This document shows positions 20,380 through 30,324 of a DNA stretch of 64,000 nt, piece after piece. The stretch is from positions 438-64,437 of the forward strand of contig JAZTZL010000010.1 in assembly GCA_045637425.1 (NCBI GenBank). The letters are read 5' to 3'. The notes beneath the pieces are model-generated. The model was not told where the DNA came from, did no database searches, and was given only the letters and a program-made list of their open reading frames with translations. Position 1 is the first letter of the stretch. Each line of letters begins with the position of its first letter. Both the position numbers and the translations under genes were made by a program. This stretch comes from Rikenellaceae bacterium. GTDB taxonomy: Bacteria; Bacteroidota; Bacteroidia; Bacteroidales; Rikenellaceae.

Positions 20380-21366
20380 GTGAAGATTAAGAACATACTT
20401 GTTTCTCAACCTGCACCGGCTGTGGTTGAAAAGTCGCCTTTCTACGAATTAATCAAGAAGTATAATCTCAATATAGAGTTCTCTCCACTCTTCAAAGTTG
20501 AGGGCACATCGGTTGCCGATTTCAGAAAGCAACGTGTTGATGTACTTGCTCACACTGCGGTGATTTTTACTAGTCGAGCAACCATTGACAATTTTTTCCG
20601 AGTTTGTGAACAGGCTCGCATCACTATCCCAGAAACAATGAAATACTTCTGCATCGGTGAGGCTATCGCCCTCTACCTGCAAAAGTACACCATATATCGC
20701 AAACGTAAGATTTTCTTCGGTCAAGGCACAATCACAGACCTCGCCGAACTCATCGTAAAACACGGTAGCGAAAAATATATTCTCCCACTTGTCGAACCTC
20801 ACAAGGTAGAAATCCCAAAGGCGCTCGACAAACTGAAGATTAAATACGATAAACTGATTATCGCAAGAACAGTTTCGGCAGACCTCTCAAACTTCGACAT
20901 CAACAAGTTTGATATTGCCGTATTCTACTCTCCGTCAGACATCGCAGTCCTCAACGAACTGAAGGCTAAGTCTGAAGAGATTAAACCTCATATCGCAATT
21001 ATGGGTAATGGTACTGCACAGGCTGCGAATAATGACGGTTTCAAAATCAGTGTATTGGCTCCGACACCAGAGTTTCCTTCAATCACAATGGCTCTCGACT
21101 CGTTCATTCAGAAGGTAAACTCGAATAAGGAGGTCGACGAAATCAAAGTTGAAAAAACCGATAACGTAGCATCTATTCTCAAGGTCGTTCAGCCTAAAAC
21201 AAAGAAGAGAAAAACTACAACAAAGAGCACAAAGAGTAGCACTACAACAAAGAGTACCGCTACGAAAAGTGCAACTAAAAGCACTACCAGCAAGAGCACA
21301 ACAACAAAAACTGCTGCGAAGAAGACTACAAGCACTGCTGCTAAAAAGAGCGACGAATCAAAATAA
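20380..21366 (+). CDS. Uroporphyrinogen-III synthase-like (HemD family) protein with Lys/Thr/Ser-rich C-terminal tail
   Basis: GTG start. N-terminus KIKNILVSQPAP...FTSRATIDNFF resembles Bacteroidetes HemD-like proteins. About 250 aa of globular body is followed by a ~60-aa low-complexity KTTTKSTKSSTTTKSTATKS... tail. Confidence 0.7.
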   Translation: MKIKNILVSQPAPAVVEKSPFYELIKKYNLNIEFSPLFKVEGTSVADFRKQRVDVLAHTAVIFTSRATIDNFFRVCEQARITIPETMKYFCIGEAIALYLQKYTIYRKRKIFFGQGTITDLAELIVKHGSEKYILPLVEPHKVEIPKALDKLKIKYDKLIIARTVSADLSNFDINKFDIAVFYSPSDIAVLNELKAKSEEIKPHIAIMGNGTAQAANNDGFKISVLAPTPEFPSITMALDSFIQKVNSNKEVDEIKVEKTDNVASILKVVQPKTKKRKTTTKSTKSSTTTKSTATKSATKSTTSKSTTTKTAAKKTTSTAAKKSDESK

Positions 21367-21378
21367 TCGTCAGGAGTA

Positions 21379-21873
21379 ATGACACAGATGCAGGGATACA
21401 GATTCCCAAAACGGAATCGCTTGACCGACAAACGCCTCATTGACAAAATATTCAGGGAGGGTAATGTCGATTTTAGCTATCCGTTTCGAGTAGTCAGCCT
21501 GCAATACACAAAGAACGCAGGGACCGAGGAGTGCTCGGAGCAAGTGAGTGCAGAAGACAGAGGTGAACAGTACAAAGATGTGCCGCACAGAGGTGAAATA
21601 AAAATACTGATATCCGTACGAAAAAAACAACATAAGCGTGCAGTTATGCGCAACTTGTTGAAGCGTCGCAGTAGAGAGGCTTTTCGACTCAATATCAATA
21701 AATTGAACTACACTTGCGAGCAGAATCTGAACATTGCATTCGTTTACATTTCGGATAAAGTCGCAGACTATAAAACTATCGAAAATGGAATGGCAAAATG
21801 TATCGAAAAACTTGCACACCGCTATTCGCCGTGCAACAATAGCCATACCGTTGATGCTACTATGGATATATAG
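21379..21873 (+). CDS. rnpA: Ribonuclease P protein component
   Basis: [19 protein letters not shown] plus the RNR motif [23 protein letters not shown]. Contains a ~30-aa acidic insertion and a C-terminal extension that overlaps yidD. Confidence 0.8.
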   Translation: MTQMQGYRFPKRNRLTDKRLIDKIFREGNVDFSYPFRVVSLQYTKNAGTEECSEQVSAEDRGEQYKDVPHRGEIKILISVRKKQHKRAVMRNLLKRRSREAFRLNINKLNYTCEQNLNIAFVYISDKVADYKTIENGMAKCIEKLAHRYSPCNNSHTVDATMDI

Positions 21874-22045
21874 AAATTGTATATCTCCGTACATTCCCTC
21901 GGCGTGCAGATTCACACCGACCTGTTCGCGTTATGCAATAGAAGCGCTCAAGAAACACGGACTCTTAAAAGGGTCGTGGCTCACCATTCGCAGACTGCTC
22001 AGATGCCACCCCTGGGGCGGTAGCGGTTATGATCCTGTGCCCTAA
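21785..22045 (+). CDS. yidD: Membrane protein insertion efficiency factor YidD
   Basis: [27 protein letters not shown]...[14 protein letters not shown] is the canonical YidD core. The start is ambiguous (21785 or 21854); the ORF-track start at 21734 is unlikely. Confidence 0.85.
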   Translation: MEWQNVSKNLHTAIRRATIAIPLMLLWIYRNCISPYIPSACRFTPTCSRYAIEALKKHGLLKGSWLTIRRLLRCHPWGGSGYDPVP

Positions 22046-22228
22046 ACTACCCACACATAGTCACAAAACTCAAAATTTTCTCCAAAAGTTTTTTTCATTG
22101 TATTACTGCTAATAATCAGTAAACTATACTATTTAGCAAAGAAAACTCAATCAAAATATTAGGATATTTTAACAATAATCCGTATCTTGTCGGATTATTA
22201 AAACGACAATATAAAATATTTTTGAACG

Positions 22229-23683
22229 ATGAAAAAAATCGTATTTATCATAGCAACAATATTCTGCACTCTGGCGAGTCAGGCTCAACAGCAACAAACC
22301 AAAGAGATTAAGTTACTCACAGGAGAAAAGTGGTGGGCAAGTGGCGAATATCCCACTATGCTGGACGACTCGAAACAGTGTGCCAACAACCGATTTACAC
22401 TGCTGGTTTCTAGCGCAGGAAGATACATATGGAGCACAAAACCCATCTCGGCACACTGCGACAACGAAAGCCTCGTTACTACGGCAGACAACAATCCCGA
22501 ATTGGTCTCTGCAGGAAAAACTCTCAAAGAAGCATATGTCACTGCGTACTATAAACACCTGAGCAAAAATACGAAAACCGTAGATAAGGGTATATTCGAA
22601 CGTCCAATTTATGTAATGAGTATTTCTGATCAAGATGAATTCACTCAAGATGCTGTAGTAAAACGTGCAGAATGGTTAATAAAAGAGGGATTTCCCAAAG
22701 GTGTAATTATTCTTGACGACCGCTGGCAACAAAGTTACGGAACATTCAAATTCGACTCAGAACGATTCCCTGCTCCAGAAACAATGGTAGCAAAACTTAA
22801 ATCTTTGGGATTCGACATAATTCTCTCCGTAGTGCCATTTGTCAGCCCCGACAGCAGAATCATTCGCCAACAAGCCAACAATGGCAACATTATTGTCGGT
22901 GAAGACGGACAGCCTGCGATAATCAAATGGAATCGCGGATACAGCTGCAGCTACGACCTCAACAATCAGAGTGTAACAGAGATGATTGCCAAGACATTGG
23001 AAAATTTGCGCACTAAATACAACATTTCGGGATTCAAGTTCGAGAATATCGAAAAACTGCTGCCAACACAGGCTGCTGCGTGGAACTGCCTGGCAGCAAA
23101 ATCGAAAGGCAACATCTCGAATAGAATGTCCGCGGGAACACTCTTCGAAATAGGTTATGACGACTCGACAATCGAAGGGGTAAGGGATTTTGTGCGTCGA
23201 CTGCTGGCCTTCGGTCTCTCGGGCAATGTTGAATGTGTAGTATCGTTCGAAACCGAAACTACTAAAGAAAACATTCTGAACAGAATTCAGTTCCAGAGCC
23301 TGATGCCGATTATGAAATTAAGCATTGAAGAGTTGGAAAAACTTACTGCAACAGACCGCAAAAAGGCTTTGGAAATCATCTCTCAACACCGAGAAAACAT
23401 TTCGTACATCGAAACATTGCTGGCGGAGCGTACTGCGAAAGGCGACCCGATTATCCGCCCGCTGGAGTATGAATACCCACGCAAGGGATTCTCTGACTGC
23501 GACGACCAATTTATGATTGGAAACAAAATAATCATCGCACCACTCTCGGCCGACAACCGAAGTCGCACACTCCGACTGCCGCGAGGTAATTGGTTCGATG
23601 CGAACGGCAAAAAAATCAAAGGGCCTATAGTTAAGACTATTAACTATGACAACTACCCGTTCCCACTTTTCAAATTGAAATAA
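22229..23683 (+). CDS. Secreted glycoside-hydrolase-like protein, minimal GH31-like (beta/alpha)8 barrel
   Basis: Signal peptide MKKIVFIIATIFCTLASQAQ. GVIILDDRWQQSYGTFKFDSERFPAPETMVAKLKSLGFDIILSVVPFVSPDS resembles the GH31 core, and GFKFENIE sits at the expected nucleophile position. The family assignment comes from motif memory only. Confidence 0.5.
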   Translation: MKKIVFIIATIFCTLASQAQQQQTKEIKLLTGEKWWASGEYPTMLDDSKQCANNRFTLLVSSAGRYIWSTKPISAHCDNESLVTTADNNPELVSAGKTLKEAYVTAYYKHLSKNTKTVDKGIFERPIYVMSISDQDEFTQDAVVKRAEWLIKEGFPKGVIILDDRWQQSYGTFKFDSERFPAPETMVAKLKSLGFDIILSVVPFVSPDSRIIRQQANNGNIIVGEDGQPAIIKWNRGYSCSYDLNNQSVTEMIAKTLENLRTKYNISGFKFENIEKLLPTQAAAWNCLAAKSKGNISNRMSAGTLFEIGYDDSTIEGVRDFVRRLLAFGLSGNVECVVSFETETTKENILNRIQFQSLMPIMKLSIEELEKLTATDRKKALEIISQHRENISYIETLLAERTAKGDPIIRPLEYEYPRKGFSDCDDQFMIGNKIIIAPLSADNRSRTLRLPRGNWFDANGKKIKGPIVKTINYDNYPFPLFKLK

Positions 23684-23707
23684 CGACTCGCTTTTTTGAA
23701 TAAAACT

Positions 23708-24547
23708 ATGATAGATAATATTCAGGCTGACTTCTTTTTTGAGAGCGCATTCAACGCTGCGCTAAGAGCCGGAGCTGGGATTATGGAGATTTACAACGGT
23801 GAGCAAGAGTTTTTAGTCAATCTGAAATCCGACAACACTCCGATAACCGAGGCTGACAGAAGAAGTCACGAAACAATAAAGGACTACCTATCCCGCACCC
23901 GAATACCGCTAATGAGCGAAGAGGGTCGCGATTTGCTATATGAGGAGCGCTGCGGCTGGGACCTGTATTGGTTAGTAGACCCGTTAGACGGAACATTGGA
24001 ATTCATTAAACGCACGGGCGAATTCACAATCAACATCGCACTGATGGTAAATAACCGCCCAACTGTAGGTGTTGTATATGTTCCAACTTCCGGCAGAATA
24101 TATTTCGCAATCGAAGGTCGCGGTGCGTGGAAACGTATCGGAATGATTCCCAATCCAAATGCACAAATGAACATATCGGAAATTATGAGAGGTGCCGAGC
24201 CACTGCCACAGACAGATGGTGCAAACAACCCTAAAGTCGTAGCTCTGAGTCGCTCGCACATATCACCCGATACGCACATCGTAGTCGATTCTCTGAAGGA
24301 AAAATTCGGAAAAATTGAAATCCTGACTCAGGGTAGTTCTCTGAAATTATGTCTTGTAGCCGAAGGTTTGGTGGATATTTATCCACGAACTACGCCCACC
24401 TCGGAATGGGATACTGCAGCAGGCGAATGTATATTGAACGAGGCTGGCGGCTCAATCCGAGAACTCGAACATAACTCAACTTTGAATTACAACAAACCAA
24501 CATTAATAAACCCCAATTTTATATGCAAAAGCAAATTCTTACAGTAA
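23708..24547 (+). CDS. Inositol-monophosphatase-family protein, likely 3'(2'),5'-bisphosphate nucleotidase (CysQ-like)
   Basis: Motifs EADRRSHE, WLVDPLDGTLEF and EWDTAAGECIL. The ATG at 23708 is preferred over the TTG at 23696. Confidence 0.8.
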   Translation: MIDNIQADFFFESAFNAALRAGAGIMEIYNGEQEFLVNLKSDNTPITEADRRSHETIKDYLSRTRIPLMSEEGRDLLYEERCGWDLYWLVDPLDGTLEFIKRTGEFTINIALMVNNRPTVGVVYVPTSGRIYFAIEGRGAWKRIGMIPNPNAQMNISEIMRGAEPLPQTDGANNPKVVALSRSHISPDTHIVVDSLKEKFGKIEILTQGSSLKLCLVAEGLVDIYPRTTPTSEWDTAAGECILNEAGGSIRELEHNSTLNYNKPTLINPNFICKSKFLQ

Positions 24548-25572
24548 TGGATAATCTATTTGACCCAAACGGGATAGGCATCTCTAATGGCAACTATTTC
24601 GGACTCCCCGTATCGTGCGAAGATGCACGCATCGTATTGTTATCAGTACCCTGGGACGTAACAACATCATACGGTTCGGGAGCATCTAAGGCTCCGGACG
24701 CAATGATTGACGCATCGTTGCAAATCGATCTCTGGGACCACCACAATCACGAAGGCTGGAAAGAGGGAATCGGCACACTGCCCATTGACGAGGATATGCT
24801 GCTTGAGAGTCGACACCTCAGAAATGAGGCCGAACGTGTAATCTGGCATCTCGAAAACGGTGGCTCTACGTCTGATGAGTATGCTCAACGCAAATTGAGA
24901 AAAATCAATGATGCATCGGTCAAAGTGAACAAATATGTGTATGAACAGGCTAACGAGTGGCTCGACAAGGGGAAAATCGTAGGACTCGTCGGCGGTGACC
25001 ACAGCACTCCGTTCGGGCTGATTCAGGCTTTGGCTGAGCGCAACCCAGGAATGGGTATTCTGCAAATTGATGCCCACGCTGACCTTAGAGAGTGCTACGA
25101 AGGTTTCGAATACTCACACGCCTCGATTATGTACAACTCTCTGACGAAATTCGAAGGTGTAGGCAGTCTGGTACAAGTGGCAACAAGAGATCTCTGCGAC
25201 GAAGAGGTAAAAATGGCAAATGATGACCCGCGCATCTTCCAATTTGACGACTACACGCTCAAAGCCAACTCATTCGAGGGTATGACTTGGAAAGAGCAAT
25301 GCCAACAGATTATAGACAAATTGCCCGAAAAAGTATATGTAAGTTTCGACATTGACGGACTCTCGCCCGATAACTGCCCATCGACAGGCACTCCTGTTCC
25401 TGGCGGGCTCTCATTCCACGAAGCAGTCTACCTTATCAACGCAATCTCTCAAAGTGGCAGAACTATAATCGGATTCGACCTGAACGAAGTTGTCCCCTCT
25501 AAACACAACCAATGGGACGCAAATGTCGGAGCCAGAATGTTATACAAACTCTGTAACATTACTCTAAAGTAG
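24547..25572 (+). CDS. Ureohydrolase (arginase/agmatinase/formiminoglutamase family)
   Basis: Mn-binding motifs GGDHSTPFG, QIDAHADLR and SFDIDGLSP. Start placed at ATG 24547 (TAATG junction with the upstream gene) rather than 24523. Confidence 0.85.
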   Translation: MDNLFDPNGIGISNGNYFGLPVSCEDARIVLLSVPWDVTTSYGSGASKAPDAMIDASLQIDLWDHHNHEGWKEGIGTLPIDEDMLLESRHLRNEAERVIWHLENGGSTSDEYAQRKLRKINDASVKVNKYVYEQANEWLDKGKIVGLVGGDHSTPFGLIQALAERNPGMGILQIDAHADLRECYEGFEYSHASIMYNSLTKFEGVGSLVQVATRDLCDEEVKMANDDPRIFQFDDYTLKANSFEGMTWKEQCQQIIDKLPEKVYVSFDIDGLSPDNCPSTGTPVPGGLSFHEAVYLINAISQSGRTIIGFDLNEVVPSKHNQWDANVGARMLYKLCNITLK

Positions 25573-25578
25573 CAGACT

Positions 25579-26973
25579 ATGACAGTTAAATCCAAATACC
25601 GTTCGAAAAGACAATCATTTTCGCTGAAAAGCACCGAACACAGATTGTTTCACAGTGATTGGTCTGGCGGTGTAATTCTCATTCTGTTCACGGTCATTGC
25701 CATTGCATTGGCAAATATCCCGGCAACAAGCCACCTCTACCACTGGTTCTTCGGCGAAATGCAGGTTGGTATATCAATAGCCGGAAAATTCTTCGGAGGA
25801 ACATTGGAATACCTCATTAACGACGGTTTGATGGTGATATTCTTCTTCTATGTTGGACTGGAAATCAAACGAGAAATAATCGCAGGACAACTTTCGTCAA
25901 TCAAGCAGGCTTCGTTGCCTGTTGCTGCGGCATTGGGCGGTATGCTTGCACCTGCACTCATATACACGCTGTTCAACATCTCAAACCCCGAAACTATACA
26001 CGGATTCGGTATCTCCACGGCAACAGACATCGCATTCGCCGTGGGCGTATTGTCCCTGCTGGGCAATAAGGTGCCGCTGGCTCCGAGGGTGTTTCTTACT
26101 GCGCTGGCCATAGCAGACGACTTGGGTGCAATCATCGTAATAGCACTCTTCTATCCCTCTCAAAACGGTATTGATGTAACTATGTTGCTGGCTGCATTTG
26201 TATTGCTGGGATATATGTATATGTTGCAGAGATGGAATGTATATCGACTGTTTTTCTACATCGTTCCGGCAATCGCAGTCTGGATTCTGTTCCTCAACTC
26301 GGGCATACACGCTACGATTGCAGGCGTGTTGATTGCTATCACATTCCCGACTTCACCGAGATACAACAAAAAATATCTCGTCTATAAGAGCAACTACCTT
26401 CTCAATAACTTCATACACTGGGATAAACCCGGCGTAGAGCTACTGGGCAATGAGGCGCAACACAATGCTGCACAATCGATTATTGAAGTCACAAAGAACT
26501 CTATCAGCCCCTCTCAGCGTCTTGAGCACAAACTGCACGGATTTGTGACATTCTTCATTATGCCGATGTTCGCATTCGCAAATTCGGGCATCTCGCTAAT
26601 GGAAAGCAATATCAGTTTATCAGAGATTATGACCTCTACGGCAAGTCTTGGTATCTTCTTCGGACTTGTAGTCGGCAAGCCGCTGGGCATTACGCTTATG
26701 TCGTGGATTTGCATTAAACTCGGGCTGTGCACAATGCCGCAAGGCACTTCGTGGAAGATGCTCATTGGCGTAGCCTGCCTCGGTGGTATCGGATTCACAA
26801 TGTCTATTTTCGTAACAAATCTTGCATTCTCAGGCCCCGAAGCCGAACACTATGTAATGATAGGCAAAGCCGCAATTCTGATTTCATCTATTGTAGCAGG
26901 GTTGTTAGGATTCAACATTCTGAACGCCATTTCTCAGCGCAGAATCAAGAACCCTCACAGTTACGAATCATAA
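25579..26973 (+). CDS. nhaA: Na+/H+ antiporter NhaA
   Basis: 464 aa and polytopic. The conserved Asp pair occurs in the context LTALAIADDLGAIIVIALFY. Confidence 0.9.
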   Translation: MTVKSKYRSKRQSFSLKSTEHRLFHSDWSGGVILILFTVIAIALANIPATSHLYHWFFGEMQVGISIAGKFFGGTLEYLINDGLMVIFFFYVGLEIKREIIAGQLSSIKQASLPVAAALGGMLAPALIYTLFNISNPETIHGFGISTATDIAFAVGVLSLLGNKVPLAPRVFLTALAIADDLGAIIVIALFYPSQNGIDVTMLLAAFVLLGYMYMLQRWNVYRLFFYIVPAIAVWILFLNSGIHATIAGVLIAITFPTSPRYNKKYLVYKSNYLLNNFIHWDKPGVELLGNEAQHNAAQSIIEVTKNSISPSQRLEHKLHGFVTFFIMPMFAFANSGISLMESNISLSEIMTSTASLGIFFGLVVGKPLGITLMSWICIKLGLCTMPQGTSWKMLIGVACLGGIGFTMSIFVTNLAFSGPEAEHYVMIGKAAILISSIVAGLLGFNILNAISQRRIKNPHSYES

Positions 26974-26989
26974 AAAAAACGCGTCCCGT

Positions 26990-28555
26990 ATGAAACGATT
27001 TCTATTGTTAATGTTGTTCAGTGCTGTGTCAATCAATGGGTGGGCACAGTCGAGTGAACGAGAACTGATAAATGAACTGCGAAAATTCGGCAATTTTATC
27101 GGCGCACTCAATCAGATATATGTTGATACACTCAACAATAAACTGATGATTGAAGATGCCATTCGCGGAGTGCTGTCCCAACTCGACCCACACTCAAGTT
27201 ACATTCCCGCTAACCAAATGCAGCAGGTCAAAGAGGAGGCTAACGGTAATTTCGAGGGCATTGGCATCGAGTTCTCGACCATTAACGATACGATAATCGT
27301 TACGGGTGTCATCTCAGGCGGTCCTGCCGAGAAGGTCGGCATAATGCCCAATGACAAAATAGTCAAGGTAAATGGCGAAAATTTCATAGGGATAAAGGCT
27401 ACAGATGTTTCTAAATATCTGCGCGGCCCTAAAGGCTCGACCGTTACGCTAACCGTTTCAAGAGCAGGCGCTCAACAGCTGGTGGATTTCAAAATTACGC
27501 GAGATAAAATTCCGCTGTACACTGTAGATGCAGCCTACAAGGTGAACGAATCAACGGGTTACGTCCGCATCAACCGTTTCGCAGCAACAACCAACGACGA
27601 ACTGACCAATGCACTCGATAAGATGAAAGGCATTCAGAATCTGATTCTCGACCTGCGCGGAAATGGCGGAGGACTTTTGAAGCAGGCGGTTGCAGTCTGC
27701 AGCCAATTTATCGAAGCAGGCAAGGTTGTAGTCTCGATGGAGGGGCTCAGAATCTCACCACAAACATTCAAATCAAACGGCAAAGGATATTTCCTCAACG
27801 GCAAACTCTGTGTATTGGTTGATGAACTCACGGCATCGGCATCTGAAATCGTAGCAGGTGCAATTCAAGATTGGGACCGAGGCTTAATAGTCGGCAGACC
27901 AACTTATGGCAAAGGGTTGGTACAGAATCAATTTCGACTGCAAGATGGATCTGCCGTAAGAATTACCACGGCACGATACCACACTCCATCGGGCAGAGTC
28001 ATTCAGCGTCCGTTTGAGAGAGGCAAGAAAGACAAATACTCAAAAGGACTATTCGACAGACTGAAATATGGCGAAAAAATTGATAGCACACAAGTGCCTG
28101 ATTCACTGAAATACCAAACACTCGTCAAAGGTCGCACGGTCTGGGGCGGCGGCGGAATCGTACCCGACGTAATAGTCCCAACAGATACTACTGACACCTA
28201 TACTAAATACTATCGTGAATTACTGGCAAATGGTGCAATGGCTCAATTCCTAATCGGCTATATGGAGAGATTCAGAACGCAACTCATAAAACAATACCCA
28301 ACAGAAGACGATTTCATTAAAAACTATATGGTCGGTCAAAGAGAGTTTGACCTGATAGTCGAATATGGAAATAAGAATAAAGTAAAATTCAACCAGGCCG
28401 AATTCGACAAAACTAAAAAGTGGCTGCAGATTTCAATCAAGGCTCTAATCGGCGAACGATTATTCACAAGATCAACTTATTATCGCATAATGAACGATAG
28501 TGATAGTATGATGGGTGAAGAATTTAGAACTGCGCTCAAAACTTTCGAAAATTAA
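26990..28555 (+). CDS. S41-family C-terminal processing peptidase (PDZ-containing)
   Basis: Signal peptide, then a PDZ-like segment GVISGGPAEKVGIMPNDKIVKVNG. Catalytic region ILDLRGNGGG...DELTASASEI...GKGLVQ. Confidence 0.9.
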   Translation: MKRFLLLMLFSAVSINGWAQSSERELINELRKFGNFIGALNQIYVDTLNNKLMIEDAIRGVLSQLDPHSSYIPANQMQQVKEEANGNFEGIGIEFSTINDTIIVTGVISGGPAEKVGIMPNDKIVKVNGENFIGIKATDVSKYLRGPKGSTVTLTVSRAGAQQLVDFKITRDKIPLYTVDAAYKVNESTGYVRINRFAATTNDELTNALDKMKGIQNLILDLRGNGGGLLKQAVAVCSQFIEAGKVVVSMEGLRISPQTFKSNGKGYFLNGKLCVLVDELTASASEIVAGAIQDWDRGLIVGRPTYGKGLVQNQFRLQDGSAVRITTARYHTPSGRVIQRPFERGKKDKYSKGLFDRLKYGEKIDSTQVPDSLKYQTLVKGRTVWGGGGIVPDVIVPTDTTDTYTKYYRELLANGAMAQFLIGYMERFRTQLIKQYPTEDDFIKNYMVGQREFDLIVEYGNKNKVKFNQAEFDKTKKWLQISIKALIGERLFTRSTYYRIMNDSDSMMGEEFRTALKTFEN

Positions 28556-28580
28556 AGTAGTTTTTCCAGATAATAAACAC

Positions 28581-28588
28581 TACTTTTG
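28581..28588 (+). promoter_or_regulatory. -7 box TACTTTTG upstream of pgk
   Basis: TAnnTTTG match 47 nt upstream of the ATG at 28635. Confidence 0.4.
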
Positions 28589-28634
28589 TGGCGCAATATA
28601 ACACCAGAATATTAACAAAAAACAATACGCAACT

Positions 28635-29828
28635 ATGCAATCTATTGAAAATTACCCATTCAAAGGCAAACGCGCTTTGATTCGCGTCGATTTCAATGTA
28701 CCAATGAACGACGCAGCAGAGGTTACTGACGACACAAGAATCCGCGCAGCAATCCCAACTATCAAAAAAGTTTTGGCAGAGGGTGGCTCAATCGTGCTGC
28801 TTTCACATATGGGACGACCCAAAGATGGCCCCAGTGAAAAATTGTCGCTCAAGCAGATTATCCCGACTATTGAAAAAAATCTTGATGGTCATAAAGTGCT
28901 CTTCGGAGGCGACTGTATGGGAGAACAAGCTGCAGAAATGTCAAAGAACCTCAAAGAGGGTGAAATTTTATTGCTGGACAACCTTCGTTTCTACAAAGAG
29001 GAAGAGAAAGGTAACGAGGAATTCGCTCGCAAACTCGCTTCGTATGGCGATTGCTACATCAATGACGCATTCGGAACTGCTCACCGTCGCCACGCATCTA
29101 CAGCCGTAATCGCAGACTTCTTCCCCAATGACAAGATGTTCGGCTATGTAATGGAGGGCGAAATTAACGCAATCGACAAGGTATTGAAAAACCCGCAACG
29201 TCCGTTTACAGCAATACTCGGCGGTAGCAAAATATCTTCTAAAATCACCGTCATCGAAAATCTGCTGACTAAAGTCGATAACCTGATTATAGGCGGTGGT
29301 ATGACCTTTACTTTTATGGCAGCTCAAGGCGGTAAGGTTGGCTCATCACTATGCGAACCAGACCAATTTGAGACTGCACTGAGAGTTATCGCTCGTGCTA
29401 AGGAACTCGGAGTAAACCTGGTTCAGGGTGTAGACGCTCTGTGTGGCGACCGTTTCGCAGCAGATGCCGATCAAAAGACATTCTCGTCTATGGATATTCC
29501 CGAAGGCTGGATGGGTCTTGATGCTGGCCCAGAGGCTATCAAAGATTTCGATAAGGTTATTATGGAGTCAAAAACCATTCTCTGGAATGGTCCTGTGGGT
29601 GTATTCGAATTTGACCGCTTCTCTGAAGGCTCTCGCGCCGTATCTGAAAGCATTGTTAAGGCTACGGAACAGGGCGCATACTCGCTTATCGGCGGTGGTG
29701 ACTCGGTAGCCTGCATAAATAAATTCGGACTCGCTGACAAAGTTAGCTACGTGTCAACCGGCGGTGGTGCGCTGTTGGAATATATGGAAGGAATCGAACT
29801 GCCCGGCGTTGCTGCTATCAGAGGTTAA
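28635..29828 (+). CDS. pgk: Phosphoglycerate kinase
   Basis: 397 aa. [20 protein letters not shown]-like [16 protein letters not shown] and GGGDS are classic PGK motifs. Confidence 0.97.
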   Translation: MQSIENYPFKGKRALIRVDFNVPMNDAAEVTDDTRIRAAIPTIKKVLAEGGSIVLLSHMGRPKDGPSEKLSLKQIIPTIEKNLDGHKVLFGGDCMGEQAAEMSKNLKEGEILLLDNLRFYKEEEKGNEEFARKLASYGDCYINDAFGTAHRRHASTAVIADFFPNDKMFGYVMEGEINAIDKVLKNPQRPFTAILGGSKISSKITVIENLLTKVDNLIIGGGMTFTFMAAQGGKVGSSLCEPDQFETALRVIARAKELGVNLVQGVDALCGDRFAADADQKTFSSMDIPEGWMGLDAGPEAIKDFDKVIMESKTILWNGPVGVFEFDRFSEGSRAVSESIVKATEQGAYSLIGGGDSVACINKFGLADKVSYVSTGGGALLEYMEGIELPGVAAIRG

Positions 29829-29852
29829 TAATCTGTCAATAACAACCATATC

Positions 29853-29885
29853 AAAAGTCGTTCTTCACAGGACGACTTTTTTTTA
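29853..29885 (+). terminator. Rho-independent terminator after pgk
   Basis: Stem aaaagtcgt / acgactttt with a 10-nt loop. It runs into a T9 tract and starts 25 nt after the pgk stop. Confidence 0.7.
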
Positions 29886-29899
29886 TTCAGTAAAAATAT

Positions 29900-29907
29900 T
29901 ATCTTTG
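29900..29907 (+). promoter_or_regulatory. -7 box TATCTTTG for the three-gene IbrA/IbrB-like operon
   Basis: TAnnTTTG match 30 nt upstream of the ATG at 29937, immediately after the pgk terminator. Confidence 0.45.
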
Positions 29908-29936
29908 CAGTTCGGCAGGAAAAAAAATTAATAGTT

Positions 29937-30323
29937 ATGAAGATATTACGTCTAAACGGAACCGACAAAAAATTGTACGCATTGGTTGCTCCGTTGGTTA
30001 TGAACCCAGCGGTAATAAGACAAAATAACAACTATCCCTACAAGACCTCAGCCCGATATATCTGGCATATTATGGTCGAAAAAGATGAAGTTAAAGGCTT
30101 TATCCCATTAAAACCCACCCTCAACGGATACTGCATCGACAATTACTACTACAAGCTGGATACACCCGAAATATTCGAAAAACTGCTCGATGATGTACTC
30201 GAAGCCGGATATAAAGAACTGACTGCTACTGCACATAAATGCGATGTTAAGGCATTTACGAAAAGAGGTTTCACACTCCTGACAGAACTGAGCAAATACA
30301 CCAAACTTATCAAAACCAAGTAA
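29937..30323 (+). CDS. Small hypothetical protein, possible degenerate GNAT-like fold
   Basis: 128-aa ORF ending 1 nt before the next start. The C-terminal half (YCIDNYYYKLDTPEIFEKLLDDVLEAGYKELTATAHKCDVKAFTKRGF) has the strand-helix-strand-helix spacing of a GNAT core. It lacks the R/QxxGxG/A CoA loop. Confidence 0.5.
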   Translation: MKILRLNGTDKKLYALVAPLVMNPAVIRQNNNYPYKTSARYIWHIMVEKDEVKGFIPLKPTLNGYCIDNYYYKLDTPEIFEKLLDDVLEAGYKELTATAHKCDVKAFTKRGFTLLTELSKYTKLIKTK

Positions 30324-30324
30324 A

